Shown here: in pieces, positions 35,791 through 48,783 of the stretch | Numbering within the stretch: position 1 is the stretch's first letter | Layout: each line of letters begins with the position of its first letter | Origin: Octopus sinensis | Taxonomy: Eukaryota | Direction: 5' to 3' | Length of the DNA: 64,000 bases | Assembly: GCF_006345805.1 (NCBI RefSeq) | Contig: NC_043001.1 | Coordinates: forward strand, 54,994,001 to 55,058,000 | Program-made: the position numbers and the translations under genes | Notes under the pieces: model-generated | What the model was told of the DNA's origin: nothing | What the model saw: the letters and a program-made list of their open reading frames with translations, nothing else | Databases searched by the model: none

Positions 35791-35989
35791 TAACCTTTGG
35801 TATAAGCAGTAGCAGCAAACTGAAATAGATGTGTGTGATGCACTGGTTTGTCATACAATGTTCTTTGAAAAAAAAACCCTCTAAAATACACAAGAGATTC
35901 TAGTCTAGTGATTTGTCTCTAATCTGCTTATCACTAAAGAAAATGAATAAGGAAAAATGGTTTGAGGTTTCTTTTTGTATAAGCCTTAC

Positions 35990-36066
35990 CTTTCTTTGGC
36001 TAAAATGACTGAAACACCGATGCACTGTGAGAGTTCTTCAGCAGTTAAAGAACCATTCTGTTCCAC
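35990..36066 (-). CDS. VPS36: VPS36 exon: VEQNGSLTAEELSQCIGVSVILAKE(R)
   Basis: 77 nt, tttccag/gtaagg; matches the winged-helix GSLTSEEF..VG.SV.LAKER segment. Confidence 0.95.
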
Positions 36067-36384
36067 CTGGAAATAAAGATCCAAATACATTATATTTTGT
36101 TTCTTCAGAAAATTGTAAACTTCAGCAAATCTAGTTTTAATTCTTCAATATTCTGTTTCATATCACGAGAAACTTAAATAGCTACGAGCTTTATCATGAT
36201 CATTGTTGCATTAATAAAAATAATAACAATAATAATAATAATAATAATAACAATAGTCAGATGTAAGCAAGAAGACTAAGATTGAAAGCATTTTAGTCGT
36301 GACTATCCTGTATTTTTTTCCAGGCATAGTGTGGTTATCTAATATTATGTTATTGAATATGTTCTTTTTTTTTAAAGCATTTTA

Positions 36385-36720
36385 TAACATGAAGGAGATT
36401 TGACTGCTATTTCTAGCAGGTCAAGCAACAACATAAAGGCTTTGGACATATTGGTATGCAGGAATCTTCATTAGATGTTTCATTTAAAATTCATCCGAAC
36501 ACACCTCACAAACCAGCAAAAGAGCTTCTATGCTCAGCTTAGAAGTAGCAGCAGCCAAACTTGCTCAAATTACACTCTTCTATCTTAAAAGAAAAAAGGA
36601 TAAGTTGAATAATACAATCCTAGATACACAATTCCTCAAAAAAGATGAGTTGGTCACAAAATGAATGGCACTGATCATGGATATACTCTATCAGAACTGA
36701 TCTGTAGTTAAACAAACTCA
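36385..36720. repeat. Family D pieces in both orientations
   Basis: ggagatttgactgctatttctagcaggtc (minus) and agcagccaaacttgctcaaattacac...cctagatacac (plus). Confidence 0.5.
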
Positions 36721-36889
36721 TTTCTTGGTGTTTTTATTGACTCTGATTAACTTATTTCCAGATATTAAAGATGACATGATAAAAGATTGACTGGATTGAT
36801 AAGAGCAATCATGCTCACTGCATGATTGATTAACCAGTGACAGATAGTTGAAAACTAATTCAAGCACAAGTATGAATGCATGCAATATA

Positions 36890-37085
36890 ATGATTTCAAA
36901 TTTTGGCACAAGGTCAGTAACTTGGGGGGGGGGGGTAAGTCGATTACATTGACCCCAGTATTCAGCTGGTACTCATCAGTCCCAAAAGGATGAAATGTAA
37001 AGTCAACCTTGATGGAATTTAAACTCAGAACATGAAGACAGATGAAATGCTACTAAGCATCTTACCCAGCATCCTAATGATTCTG
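36890..37085 (-). mobile_element. SINE family C, decayed
   Basis: tttcaaattttggcacaagg...gtaagtcgattacattgacccca...gaatttaaactcagaac. Confidence 0.8.
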
Positions 37086-37137
37086 TCTCTGTCCTCAGTG
37101 ATGCCTTAATGCATGCAATATATTAAATCTTTCTTTC

Positions 37138-37490
37138 TTTCTTTTACTTGTTTCAGTCATTTGACTGAGGCCATGCTGGAGCACGACCTTTAGTCGAGCA
37201 AATCGACTTATTCTTTGTAAGCCTAGTACTTATTCTATCAGTCTTTTTTGCCGAACCGCTAAGTAACAGGGACATAAACACACCAGCATTGGTTGTCAAG
37301 CTATGTTGGGGGGACAAACACAGACACGCAAACATATATACACACACACACATATATATACATATATACGATGGGCTTCTTTCAGTTTCCGTCTACCAAA
37401 TCCACTCACAAGGTTTTGGTCAGCCTGAGGCTATAGTAAAAGACACTTGCCCAAGGTGCCACGCAGTGGGACTGAACCCAGAATGTTTTA
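37138..37490 (-). mobile_element. SINE family A lacking its extreme head
   Basis: cagtcatttgactgaggccatgctggagc...ggtgccacgcagtgggactgaaccc. Confidence 0.9.
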
Positions 37491-38269
37491 TTTTTCAACA
37501 TACTGACAACATACTGTGCAGGAGATCTATCAAATCTATGAGAAAGTAAATGTTAATAGACATGAAGATGATGTTGATGTGATAAATATCTGAGTTATGG
37601 TTATTAAAGTTAATTTTTCAGACTATTAATCTCATCTTCAGAGATGAGAAATTTCCTTAAACTTTTACATATACACTGTTTCAATTGTTTTGATCTTTGT
37701 CTTATTCATGGATGTGTATTGGGGTGAATTCAAACTAGGAATGTACATTACATCAATGAACCAGGGAATAAGGATATTATTAATCTTAGTTCAGATATTA
37801 AGATTCCTAGTTAAAACCCAGTCCAATATTAAGTATTTCTCTAGGAATAAGATAACAGATGTGAAGATCAAAACCAAACCAATCAAAACATCATGTGGAT
37901 GTAAATATAACAAATGACTGAGAAAACTCTTTTAGTCTTGAGAGGGAAGAATCAATGACACAATGGAATGCAACCAAACCATGATGTAAATTAGCTATCA
38001 ATGAGAAGGGCACCAACCCATAAAAACATCATTATCATTTCAATGCTTCAAAAACTAACTTATGTTTGTTTACATATGACGTAAAGAATGGTTGATTTCT
38101 CTGCTGTGGAAGGCATAAGATACCAAGCCCCAACAATTATTAAGACATTGCCATCCTACCCATGCAAGTGTGGTAAAAATGGATGAAAATAACAATCTCT
38201 ATAGACGAAGCTAATACTTTATGACTGGTTTCAGCCAATATGGTTGTGGCCATGCAAGAAAAGATTTAA

Positions 38270-38492
38270 CCCCACTTAGCATTCAGGTTACTCACTCAAA
38301 CGTAAGGCTTTCTTATTCACATTGTTTTGAATAAATTAGCCATTATCTTGTAGCTTTGAGATTTTGATGATGTGATTGTTTATTTTTTTAAATAACATTG
38401 CAAGGTAGTTATGAGAGGCCAGGTCTGGCTGGTTTGAACATAAAACTGGTATAGCATTTGAGCCAGATACCATTGGTTTAAATGCAAAAGGG
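38270..38492. mobile_element. piggyBac-like MITE
   Basis: ttaa|ccc(cact)tagcatt ... aatgcaaaaggg|ataa: degenerate TTAA TSD and CCC..GGG ends. Confidence 0.6.
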
Positions 38493-38571
38493 ATAATCTT
38501 AATGTTACATTTATAATTGAATCTGTCAACAACAATAATAGAATTCTTCCTAAATTCGAATTAATACTCAC

Positions 38572-38656
38572 CATCTCTATAGTCCGCTCAATGGCTTGTT
38601 CTTCGTTGTGGGACTGACTCTGTAACACCATAACACCACTGTCAAAAATACGTAAC
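38572..38656 (-). CDS. VPS36: VPS36 exon: (R)LRIFDSGVMVLQSQSHNEEQAIERTIEM
   Basis: 85 nt, ttcag/gtgagt; LR.FDSGVMV motif. Confidence 0.95.
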
Positions 38657-38724
38657 CTGAAGCAAAAACAAATGAAAGTATAACTGATGATAATTTCAAA
38701 ATTTTTTGTAACAGTCACAAATTA

Positions 38725-38925
38725 TGCAAACCATCTGCACAAAATAGCAACAGAACTTTCCTCAAATCACACTCTACAGCCTTAAAAAGAGAAAGGACAA
38801 ATTAGATGATGTGGTCCTACACAGACTAAACCTGAAGAAAATGAGAGAACAATCATGGCTTCAACACCTTTGATCATAGATCTGCTCAATCAGCTGATTT
38901 GGAGAGCAACAACAGCAGCAATGCA
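38725..38925 (+). repeat. Repeat family D
   Basis: aaatagcaacagaactttcctcaaatcacac...tttgatcatagatctgctcaatcagc...aacaacagcagc. Confidence 0.6.
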
Positions 38926-39149
38926 GTGAGTGGAGAAGAATATTCTGTTATACCAACCCCAGTACTTGTACTTTATTTTATCAACCCTGGGAAAATGAAA
39001 TATAAAGCTAACCGATACAAAGCTCTACTGATTTAGACATCAGCCAATAGGGAAAGACCTTCCAATCCTGACTATCCAGTATTTTCAATTATCTAAGACT
39101 ATGTTATTCAATGTATCATTCTTTTTTAAGATAGTAGGCTTTCTTATTG

Positions 39150-39350
39150 GTGTTGTTGCTTAGCACCAAGTCAACTCCAATTAAGCAGATCTATGATCAG
39201 AGGCATGCCAACCATGACCATCTCATTTTTTTAGAAGGAATCTGGAACTACATTATCTAATGTGTCCCTCACATATGAAGACAATGGAGTGTAATTTGAT
39301 GGAAATTTTGCTCTATTTCAAGCAGGTTGAGAGCCCACATAGACACAGAC
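39150..39350 (-). repeat. Repeat family D
   Basis: gttgttgcttagcacc...agcagatctatgatcagaggcat...ctctatttcaagcagg. Confidence 0.6.
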
Positions 39351-39984
39351 AATACACCAGGTATCTGTATAGAAATAAAGGTTCCCAGTTTGAATCCAGC
39401 CTGAGAATGTCCACAACCAGGCGTAAAACACCTGATGATTGCAGATTAAACCTATTAAATATTATAAATATACACCTTCAAGCTGTTTTTACAGGCTTAG
39501 TAAGTGCCATGACCTTTGTAGGCTCCCTAACTGGTGACATTGATACACATGAGGTTTAGCTTAGACTTAAATGAGTCAAAGCAACAGGGAGAGATATTGG
39601 AACTATAAAGCCAGCAGTATGACAACTAGATAAAAGTGAGGAATTTTAATATTGCCTACCATACCACCTCTAGAAATGGTGACAAGAGAATCTTTCATTG
39701 TATGATCTAGCATCTCACTTGTAGGAACCCACACTTTCCAATTCAAGTTTTGTGTGTGTGTGTGAGATCATCGTTGTTTAATGTCCATTTTCCATGCATC
39801 CATGGGTAGGACAGTGCATGGGTATTATTATTATTCATGATTATTTCAACCTTTCTAATATTTTTGAAATCATCCCAACAAGTGGCTAGGGTATGTGATG
39901 ACAAATAACTGAGACTATTGGTGATCTGCTGTGCATGAGAAGAAATTGTAGTTGTGCCTGTGAAATATGCTTGTGAAATGTAAA

Positions 39985-40225
39985 AAGCATCCATGCTGGT
40001 GATGTGGTAAAAACACCTGGTACACTCTGTGGAGTGGTTGGCATTAGGAAGGGCATCCAGCTGTAGAAACCAAGCCAAAATAGATTGGAGCCTGCAGCAG
40101 CTCTCTGGTTTACCAGCTCCAGTCAAAGCATCTAGCCTATGCCGCCGCCAGCAGCAGCAGCAGCACCACCACTACCACCACGAAGAAGAAGAAGATGAAG
40201 AAGACGACGATGACGACAATAATAT
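39985..40225 (+). mobile_element. RTE 3'-UTR-derived short element with a morphing trinucleotide tail
   Basis: gagtggttggcattaggaagggcatccagctgtagaaacc shared with 59060-59100. Confidence 0.8.
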
Positions 40226-40304
40226 TCCCAGAAAATTTCTTAACAGAAATTATGATGAGAATGCTTGAGCTATGAAAAGAAAACAATAACAACAATTGGC
40301 TGAC

Positions 40305-40369
40305 CTGATATCTAGATCAGAGGATTCCATGATTTCGCAAGCATGTAACAAATCTTCAGGTGATAACAA
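40305..40369 (-). CDS. VPS36: VPS36 exon: LLSPEDLLHACEIMESSDLDI(R)
   Basis: 65 nt, gtttcag/gtcagc; LLSPEDL..AC motif. Confidence 0.93.
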
Positions 40370-40675
40370 CTGAAACAAACGAAAAAATTGTAAACCAATA
40401 GATAAAATGTCAGAAATATAATGAAAGATATAAAAAGAATTTACAAACAGTCTCTATATGGTCATTTGGCCTGTTAACAATAGCTGCCAAACCTCCCTTA
40501 AATCCCACCCAAACATCTTTGAAAAAGGATACATCTGATATTGAGGGGCTGAATTTGATACTGAGGAATATATTTTAGAAAAAAAAAAAACAATATCATT
40601 ACATATGAAATAACTTTGATCATAAGACTGTCAACTCAATTAGAAGTGGCCTGAAGTTAAGCTACAACAATATAC

Positions 40676-41065
40676 TCTTTTACTTGTTTCAGTCATTTGA
40701 CTGTGGCCATACTGGAGCACCGTCTTTAATCGAGCAACTCGACCCCCGGGACTTATTCTTTTGTAAGCCCAGTACTTATTCTATTGGTCTCTTTTGCCGA
40801 ACCGCTAAGTAACGGGGACATAAACACACCAGCATCAGTTGTCAAGCAATGCTAGGGGGACAAATACAGACACACAAACACAACACGCATATATATATAC
40901 ATATATACGACGGGCTTCTTTCAGTTTCCGTCTACCAAATCCACTCACAAGGCTTTGGTCGGCCCGAGGCTATAGTAGAAGACACTTGCCCAAGGTGCCA
41001 CGCAGTGGGACTGAACCCGAAACCATGTGGTTAGTAAACAAACTACTTACCACACAGCCACTCAT
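40676..41065 (-). mobile_element. SINE family A, young full-length copy
   Basis: Complete tail-to-head sequence ending cttaccacacagccactc; CpGs largely intact. Confidence 0.9.
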
Positions 41066-41796
41066 AGTTATCACTTCCATTTGTAAAATAAAAATTAACA
41101 AATATTTTCTTTTTAAGTGACAACTGGTTGAGTCCATATGCTAATGGACAACCATGGTTCATGCGGTGCCACCAGCACCATTGCTGTACAAACTCATGGC
41201 CAACACAGCACACAACATTTCCTCCTAATTAGCAGCAAGTAGGCACCACAGAAAGAGGAACTGCTTGTGACTATGATCAGTTGCAACACCTTAAAATTAA
41301 TAAATGTTCTGTTCACATTTAAACACTTTCTTTCATATTTTGTGAATAACAGCATCACTGGTTACAGTTTACAACAGAGTAATCACTTGTACACAACATT
41401 TAAATAAGTGGGATACCAAGGGATTGTCTATGCAACTCAGGTGGAACAAATATCACAAAGGGTTTTCACTCAAAAAGTACTGGACAATCAATTTTGTCAT
41501 CAATATACATCACTACAAGACACATTCACACACACCAACACACATTTGACAAACAGTGGCCCAGAAAAATTATATGGTTAACTCATAAATGGATGCCTTT
41601 GGTCATTGTTTGATTTGTCTCACCACAAATAAATCAGCTGATAAGATATTTGAGGCAAAACATTTTTTAAACTTCATTTTAAAGGTTTTAATCAGAAGAA
41701 CAGCACTCGTGACATTTTTCATGTGTGCCAAGATTGGATGAAGTTATTGTCAGACCAGAAATCTGGTCCAATATTTGCAATAGAATGAACTGTTAA

Positions 41797-42410
41797 CCCT
41801 TTGTGGGGCAGTGAGGTTGGAATTACACAAAAGAACATTGGGGTCCTGAGGGACCTCCTTTTATTTTTGCGCATTTCTGAACTATCCATAAAGTAATATT
41901 TGTTTAATCTTGTATATATGAGTGCATAATACAGAACAAGAAATTTAGCAATTTACAGGTAAATATTTGTAATTATTAGCGGAGGGGAATTGAAATATAA
42001 TTTATTGTCTGAAAAATACCTTTATTGAAAGAAATCAATATCTTTTATAATTTTATAAACTATACATATAGCACTAAATATAAATAAAACAAAATTATTT
42101 AGTATATAGATTCATACAAGTACAAATACGAAGAAAATTGACTTAATAGTTCATCAGAATATCTGAAAAAAGAACAGAAAAAAATAATTTCACAGAAGGC
42201 CAATGGGGTCCATTTGGACCCCAATGGTCATATTTTATGCTATAACATCCATATGATTGGAAATTTTAAACTCAAAATTCGTATGTGCATGCATAAACTA
42301 TTGATGATAAAAGTCATGAGGTATAAAATCATTTAAATAGAAAATGTAAAAGTTGCATAACTTTCAAAATTTGCTGGGGTCTCCAGGGACCCCCACCAGC
42401 CCACAAAGGG
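41797..42410. mobile_element. piggyBac-like non-autonomous element (614 bp)
   Basis: ttaa|ccctttgtggg ... cccacaaaggg|taaa; internal GGGGTC-n-GACCCC palindromes. Confidence 0.75.
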
Positions 42411-42469
42411 TAAACGGCTTCCAAAGACCAGGTTAAACCAGGCAATATTTTGTACTGAGCATACAAGAC

Positions 42470-42710
42470 ACAAACTTGTCATTATTTAACTCTAAGTCAT
42501 TTCTTACCAAGAAGACTTATAACGAAAGGCATTCCAGGTATGAGTTTACCATTTGTTTTATGTATCTAGGATTGCATTATCTAATGTGGCCTTCCCTTTT
42601 TATGATAGTAGGATACAATTTGAAGAAGATTTTACTACAATTTCCAGCAGGATAATTGACCACATAACCTTTTACATTGGTTTGTTACAAGACATAAGCA
42701 ACAACATGGT
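42470..42710 (-). repeat. Repeat family D
   Basis: aaggcattccagg...tctaggattgcattatctaatgtg...tttgaagaagatttt. Confidence 0.5.
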
Positions 42711-42847
42711 TAAATAGTGAATTTTTGAAGGTCAGCGTCAAGGATCTGTGTTCCATTCCCAAATAAATGTACTTTGTTTTAGCTTCTTTGTATCAGCAGT
42801 TGACACCTCTTATTTGTTATGTCCTCTTCACATTCATGCATTTAAAG

Positions 42848-43535
42848 CAATGTTTCTCAACCATTTATTTTACCTACGGACCCCTTGGATTCCTATTTTT
42901 ACTCTACTGACCTGCCGTAACTATTTGATATGTATATGAAAAACATCCTACTGTATTTTTATAATTAAATCATCATTATCATCCTCATTATCATCATCGT
43001 TTAATGTCCGCTTTCCATGCTAGCATGGGTTGGACGATTTGACTGAGGACTGGCGAACCAGATGGTTGCACCAGGCTCCAATTTTTATCTGGCAGAGTTT
43101 CTACAGCTGGATGCCCTTCCTAACACCAACCACTCCGAGAGTGCTTTTATGTGCCACCAGCACGAGGGCCAGTCAGACGGTACTGGCAACGGCCATGCTC
43201 AAATGGTATTTTTTACGTGCCACCTGCACAGGTGCCAGTCCAGCGGCACTAGCAACAACCTTGCTTGAATGTTTTTTTCACGTGCCAGTAAGGCGACGCT
43301 TGTAACGATCACACTCGAATGGTGCTTTTTACATGCCACCGGCATGGAAGCCAGTTAGCTGCTCTGGCAACGATCATGCTCTGATAGTGCTCTTAGTGCT
43401 CCACTAGCACTTATGCCAGTCATTAGAACATTTTGTGTGTTGTAGAAGTATAAGTAATTTATGGCACATAAATTTTATTGACAAAATCTTATATAGACCC
43501 TCAAGGGCCATATGGATCCCAGTTGAGAACCACTG
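42848..43535. mobile_element. hAT-type MITE interrupted by an RTE-derived element
   Basis: caatgtttctcaac ... gttgagaaccactg termini; body homologous to 48987-49306. Confidence 0.7.
42975..43410 (-). mobile_element. RTE 3'-UTR-derived element nested in a hAT MITE
   Basis: (cat)n tail, tccatgctagcatgggttggac, ggatgcccttcctaacaccaacc, repeated tgccac modules. Confidence 0.85.
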
Positions 43536-43596
43536 GTTAGGAAATACTATATCCTTAGCATAAAATCCTGATTGGATTGAAAGCCACGTGCACATA

Positions 43597-45111
43597 CACT
43601 GAACTGCAAAAAGAAACATGATTTTTTTCAAATGTCATTTTTATATGAAATTTATTTCAGGGATGTAAGAGTAAATATTTCAAGACATGCTGGTTTATGG
43701 CTGAGACCCAAATTGCAGGTAACCTTTCAACTTTCCTTGAACTGAGATGCCAAAATGCAGCTGTGTTGAATGCCATGGGTGTCAGTCACAAACAACTGAC
43801 ATGAAAACCGAAATGCACGTGCATCTTGTGGAGGTTATGGGTATAAAAACCAACTTGAAATGCATTCCTGGCATTCATAATTTGGCCACATCAGCTATGA
43901 CCCAATTGTCAGCAGAACAGAGAGAACAAGCTTTCAGCAGATTGCAAGCAGGGTAGCATGCCCTGGTTGTTGTAAAAGCTTACACTGTCCATGTGCACCA
44001 TCTATTGCCTGCAACAGCAATACAACACCACCAACAGCACTGCAGACCATGCCCACAGAGGGTTACCCCAGTTGACCACACCTAGGCAGGATCGTGTCAT
44101 CCACCTGCAACACCTCTGTGATTGCTTCAGACTGGCCAGCATGTCAGCTCTTGAGACCATTGGCACTGGACAGTGACCCATCAGCGGCGACACGGTATGA
44201 TGTTGACTGGCCGCCAACAACCTGTGTTGCTGTTGTCCTGCTTGCGGGCCTGTACTCATCACTTGCCACCGTCAGACACAACTACAGCACCGACATTGGT
44301 GGCATCAACAATGAAGGTCGATAGTCTTCTCTGACAATAGCTGGTACTGTGTTTCCAACTCGGATGGCAGAGTGAGGGTATGGCATAGGAGGGAACACTA
44401 CAGAGATACATGCGTCATGGAGAGAGACACATGGGGTGGCTAAAGCATCATGGTTTGGGGTGCTATAGGCCTGAATCAGAGAAATGGGCCCCGTGTGTTC
44501 CAAAATGTTGGTGCAAGTAGAGGGAATTGCATCACAGCACAGTGCTACGTTGACCAGATCCTAAGACCTCACATCATGCCCTTCTTCGCATGTCACCATA
44601 GCCACATGTTCCAGTAGGAAAATGCTCCTTCCCACATGGTCAAGGTCACCATGGACTTCCTGCATCAGCACAACATCAGAACCATGCCATGGCCAGCTCT
44701 CAGCCCGGATTTGAACCCAATTGAACACCTGTGGGACGAAATCCAAAGATAGCTGGACTAGGTGATCACAAGGCCAACAACTCATGTGGAACTGGATGCA
44801 GATTTCATCATGGTGTGGGCACAAGTGCCAATGGCTTTTGTGAACCACCTCATGCATTCCATGTACTGTTGGTGTATGGCCATTTTGAACACCCAGGGAG
44901 GGTATACACGGTATTGAATATGTCATGCCCTACAATCTCAATGTGCTGGATCCACCCACTACCAGAAAACATGACCACAACCCATAGACCATGGTCAAAG
45001 TGCATCCAAGAAATGGACTTCATCAGCTTTATCCAAACTTATCTCTGACATAATGAAATTAAAATATATTTCAAAGTCACACATGTCTCAAATTTCTGTA
45101 GTGGTTCAGTG
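43597..45111 (+). mobile_element. Tc1/mariner DNA transposon, full length, decayed
   Basis: TA|cactgaac ... gttcagtg|TA; TTPRQDR..HLQHL..F HTH region; NAPPH...WPALSPDLNPIEHLWD catalytic motif; many stops and frameshifts. Confidence 0.9.
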
Positions 45112-45452
45112 TATTAAAACAAAAACAAAACCAACACACACTTGGTTTGAGTTACTACAATTCTATAAGTTCTCTGGCTCCAGCGATATTTTACAATGAA
45201 ATTTTAATAGTATATGATGGACAATGTATATTATCTTGGTTTCTTGTCTTCATTCTTTTCCACTTGAATTAGACATGGAACTATCTGAGATATTTTGTGA
45301 GAGGAAGCACTAGTAGTTTGATGATTATGTCTTTCTGATGACAGGTAACAATAGGAACTGCATCACTGATTTAACTCACTGAAAGCTTACCTTGTATTCA
45401 ATCAACATTTACATAATTATTAAGTTGAAAATTATACGAAGTCCAATATTAC

Positions 45453-45518
45453 CTCCATTCCACGAGCTCTGTTAACTCGGCAGTAGACATCGGTGAGTGT
45501 CATCATTCCACCACATTC
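45453..45518 (-). CDS. VPS36: VPS36 exon: ECGGMMTLTDVYCRVNRARGME
   Basis: 66 nt, ttccag/gtaata; GG.M.LT.VYC.VNRARGME motif. Confidence 0.96.
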
Positions 45519-45764
45519 CTGGAATCATAAAATTGGTAATGAGTTCTTGCAAATTAAGTGTCTATAAAAGCAGTAAAGGGTTCTTCCTGGTAGGTGATTA
45601 GACCTCACTTTTAATACATTGAGTGGATAAGAGATAAACTTGCTCTTAGATAGAAAGACAAGTGGCTCTTGAATAACACAGTAAATAGTATGGTATCTAT
45701 TTCACCTACAGCACACATATATTTAAGTGTGCACTAATATATTTAGTATATCTTCACCATCATC

Positions 45765-45980
45765 ATCATATCATTTTATATTCATGTTCCATACTGGCAT
45801 GGGTAAGATGGTTTCACAGGAGCTGATGAGTCCAAGGACTACATCATGCTCCAGTGTTTGCTTTGGTATGGTTTGTACTGCTAGATGCCCTTCCTAATGC
45901 CAACCATGTACTGGATGCTTTTTTTGTGCCACTAGTACTACTAAAATTGCCATGCAGCTTGCAAGACAATGAAACTCTGA
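45765..45980 (-). mobile_element. RTE 3'-UTR-derived short element, decayed
   Basis: (cat)n, ggcatgggt, agatgcccttcctaatgccaacc. Confidence 0.7.
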
Positions 45981-45989
45981 GAGCATGAC

Positions 45990-46860
45990 TTTACACAAGG
46001 AAATGAGGGGTATGAGGAAAGGGGTAGAACCTGTTTCAAACAGTAAAGAAGCTACAAAGCTACTCACATTTTAGAAGGGAGGGTGGAAGTGATCAAGTGA
46101 AGTTGAAAAGAGATAAAAATAGTGGTGATGAGGTATCTCAGAGAAGAAGTGAGTGGAACAGAGAAACCAGGAGGGAGGGTGGGTGGGTGAAAGTTGCAAG
46201 AGTGTATGAGATAGTGAGAGGCAGAGAATGGGCGAGGGGAAGTAGGCAACAACTGTGTGGTGTTTGTGGTGTTATGGGCTGTGATGAGCTATGTGGTGTT
46301 GGGGGGAGAGGATTGCAGATGAGGTAAATGGAAGACTGCAGGGGCTGACAGAAGAGCCACGGGGTCATGCTTGGGCACAAAGCATGTGGGGCAGTTCGAT
46401 GAGAGATGGCGAGTGTGGAAGGACATGTTTTTATCTTGATTGTGGTCGCTCATCCTGCCTCGGTCAACAGGTAAGGTCTCTGTATTTCTTTCTCCCTTTT
46501 GCTTCTTTTTCTGTTGTCTTTTTCCTCCATCACACTACAAACTGTAAAGATTGGGCAGGGTTGAAAGGTGGATATAGTGAATGGTGAATAAAGGTTTGGA
46601 AATGGCCAATGATGCATGAGCTGGGTGAGTAGGATGAGTAGAAGTCAACAGAGAAAAAGGGTTGGGGTTAGTAGTAGAATACCAATGATGATACAGTAAA
46701 CAGGAGAAGGCTGAAAGAGAGAGTAGGATGTAGGAAAGTGTGGGAGGGGGAGGTTGATCAAAAAACGATTTTAACCAATTAAAATGCAATATATAATGTG
46801 CAGTAAAAACATTATCTTTAGTAACAATTTTTGTCAAGAAAGAGAACAGTGAGGAGACCA
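45990..46860. repeat. Purine-rich interspersed element related to 33960-34760 and 56890-57270
   Basis: Shared motifs gttgcaagagtgta and gtaggcaaca; family not identified. Confidence 0.4.
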
Positions 46861-47909
46861 TAGTGTAGACTGATTAAAATTTAGATGAAACATGCAGCAG
46901 GAAGAGAACCTGAACTCTAAGTACACTGACAAATCCATATATGTTTCACTTATACTAGACTTCCTCAGCAAAGTAATCAGGCTATTTAAAATACTAACAT
47001 TGGAAATTTTTCTGTCATATATTAGAACTCATAGTAAATAAGCTGGACTGGGTTTATATCCATGGTCCATGAGCTGGGTAGTTGAATACTGTATCCAAAA
47101 AGGATAATTTTGCTTCTGTTTCTATGTAAATTTACAAACGTGATTGAAGCATTAAACAGATGTCCCTACTATTTTACTCATTGTATTCTACTTTGAATAA
47201 CTCTATTGCAGGAAACAGGATGCCATATGTTAAGTGACTTAAGGGAGATATGGTTGTTCTTTCTAGCATGTTTAGCAACTGCATAGAGGCTCCCTTGTAA
47301 GGGTGTTGAAAGTACTGACAGTGGATGGTAAATATAGTTGACACAAAAGAAAAGCAGGAAAAACTCCAACAGAAGTGATAAGATCATGTTAGATCTCACC
47401 TAACAAGATGACATACAAAGGGTGAGAGGAGGAGTGGAGTCATACACTAACTAGAATGAAGAGTGCAGTGTGCAAATTCTTTGCAGACTATCTCAGACTG
47501 ATGAGAATTAAGCACTTGACATTCAGATCGACAATTTGCAGGAAATATATCAACAAGGAAAGATTTCCAGCAGATTGCAGTTGTAGAAAACAGCAGTTAC
47601 CAACCTGGACAATAGAGTTAGCAAGGTTAAAACTTTAAAAGATTCTAATTTAAAATGTTAAATTATACAGCTACATATAATTGCAGGTTAGTTAATAAAA
47701 TTAGCTTACTGAGTAGACAAATATTTCAAAAATCTGTGAGAAAATTAATTTGAATAAAAGGAGTTTTTGGTAATGAAAATGTCAGGAACCACTACTCTGG
47801 AGGAAGTGTTTAGTGTGAAACCTGGAATGTAGAGTGGTCACACAGCTATGCTGGGTTGGCATGAAGTGAACATTAATAAAACAGTTGTTAATAATAAATT
47901 TGAACATAC

Positions 47910-48044
47910 AGCAATTGGCTTTTTCAAGATGTCATTAAGTTGCTGTGCCAACTGGAGATAATAACGGTCACCAGTTCCATGTGTCTCTCTGGTGACAGGA
48001 TTTGGTATACCCATACTCAGTAAATAGGACTTGAAGCGAATGGT
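47910..48044 (-). CDS. VPS36: VPS36 exon: [45 protein letters not shown]
   Basis: 135 nt, tttcag/gtatgt; near identical to the conserved [20 protein letters not shown] motif. Confidence 0.97.
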
Positions 48045-48269
48045 CTGAAAGTAATCATAAAATAAAGAACACAAATAATGTAACTGAAAAATCAAACCAA
48101 ATTATGAATACAAAAAGTTATCATGAAATTGATAGATAAGAAATTGTTTTATAAAACTGCAATGCTTTAAATTTTGGAGAATTGAAGAAACAAGAAATTT
48201 GAGATGTTCATATATGAACATTGAAAATGATTTTTAAAATGACACAAAATATGGCCAGAAGCACACCTC

Positions 48270-48470
48270 TACCACCATCATTGAGCTTTGATCAAGTAGA
48301 CCTATCAATCAAACATATTCCAGTCATGGCTATTTCATCTCATTGCCAAACACAGTATATTTAGAATTATATTATTCCATGCATCCTTCCTTTACTGAGA
48401 TGGGGTATAGTTTGAGGGAAATTTTGCTGGTATTTCTAGCAGACTGAATGCCCACATAGAAGCACCTTCA
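48270..48470 (-). repeat. Repeat family D
   Basis: gtagacctatcaatcaaac...ttccagtcatggc...tttgagggaaatttt gctggtatttctagcag. Confidence 0.55.
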
Positions 48471-48705
48471 ATGTTTTGCAGACCTTCAAAGAACTGACAC
48501 AACCATTGCCGAGGCAGCATGTACTGCAGCACCATCAAGTGTGTGAGAGTAGCACTTGTGGAGTGTTTAAACTGGATCAGAGATTATCTTTTTTTTTTTT
48601 TTGACCAAATACTACTGCTGAAGTAACATATATAAACAACAGGATTTTAGACAAACAACACTAAAATAGGTGTGTGTGTGTGTAAAACATAAATATTTAA
48701 CTTAC

Positions 48706-48783
48706 CTCATCTTCAGTTACATCCCCTTGTTTCTCTTTGATCTTATTGGCAATCATATTCGATATAAGCACCATCTCTTTGGC
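48706..48783 (-). CDS. VPS36: VPS36 exon: AKEMVLISNMIANKIKEKQGDVTEDE
   Basis: 78 nt, tctgcag/gtaagt. Confidence 0.96.
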
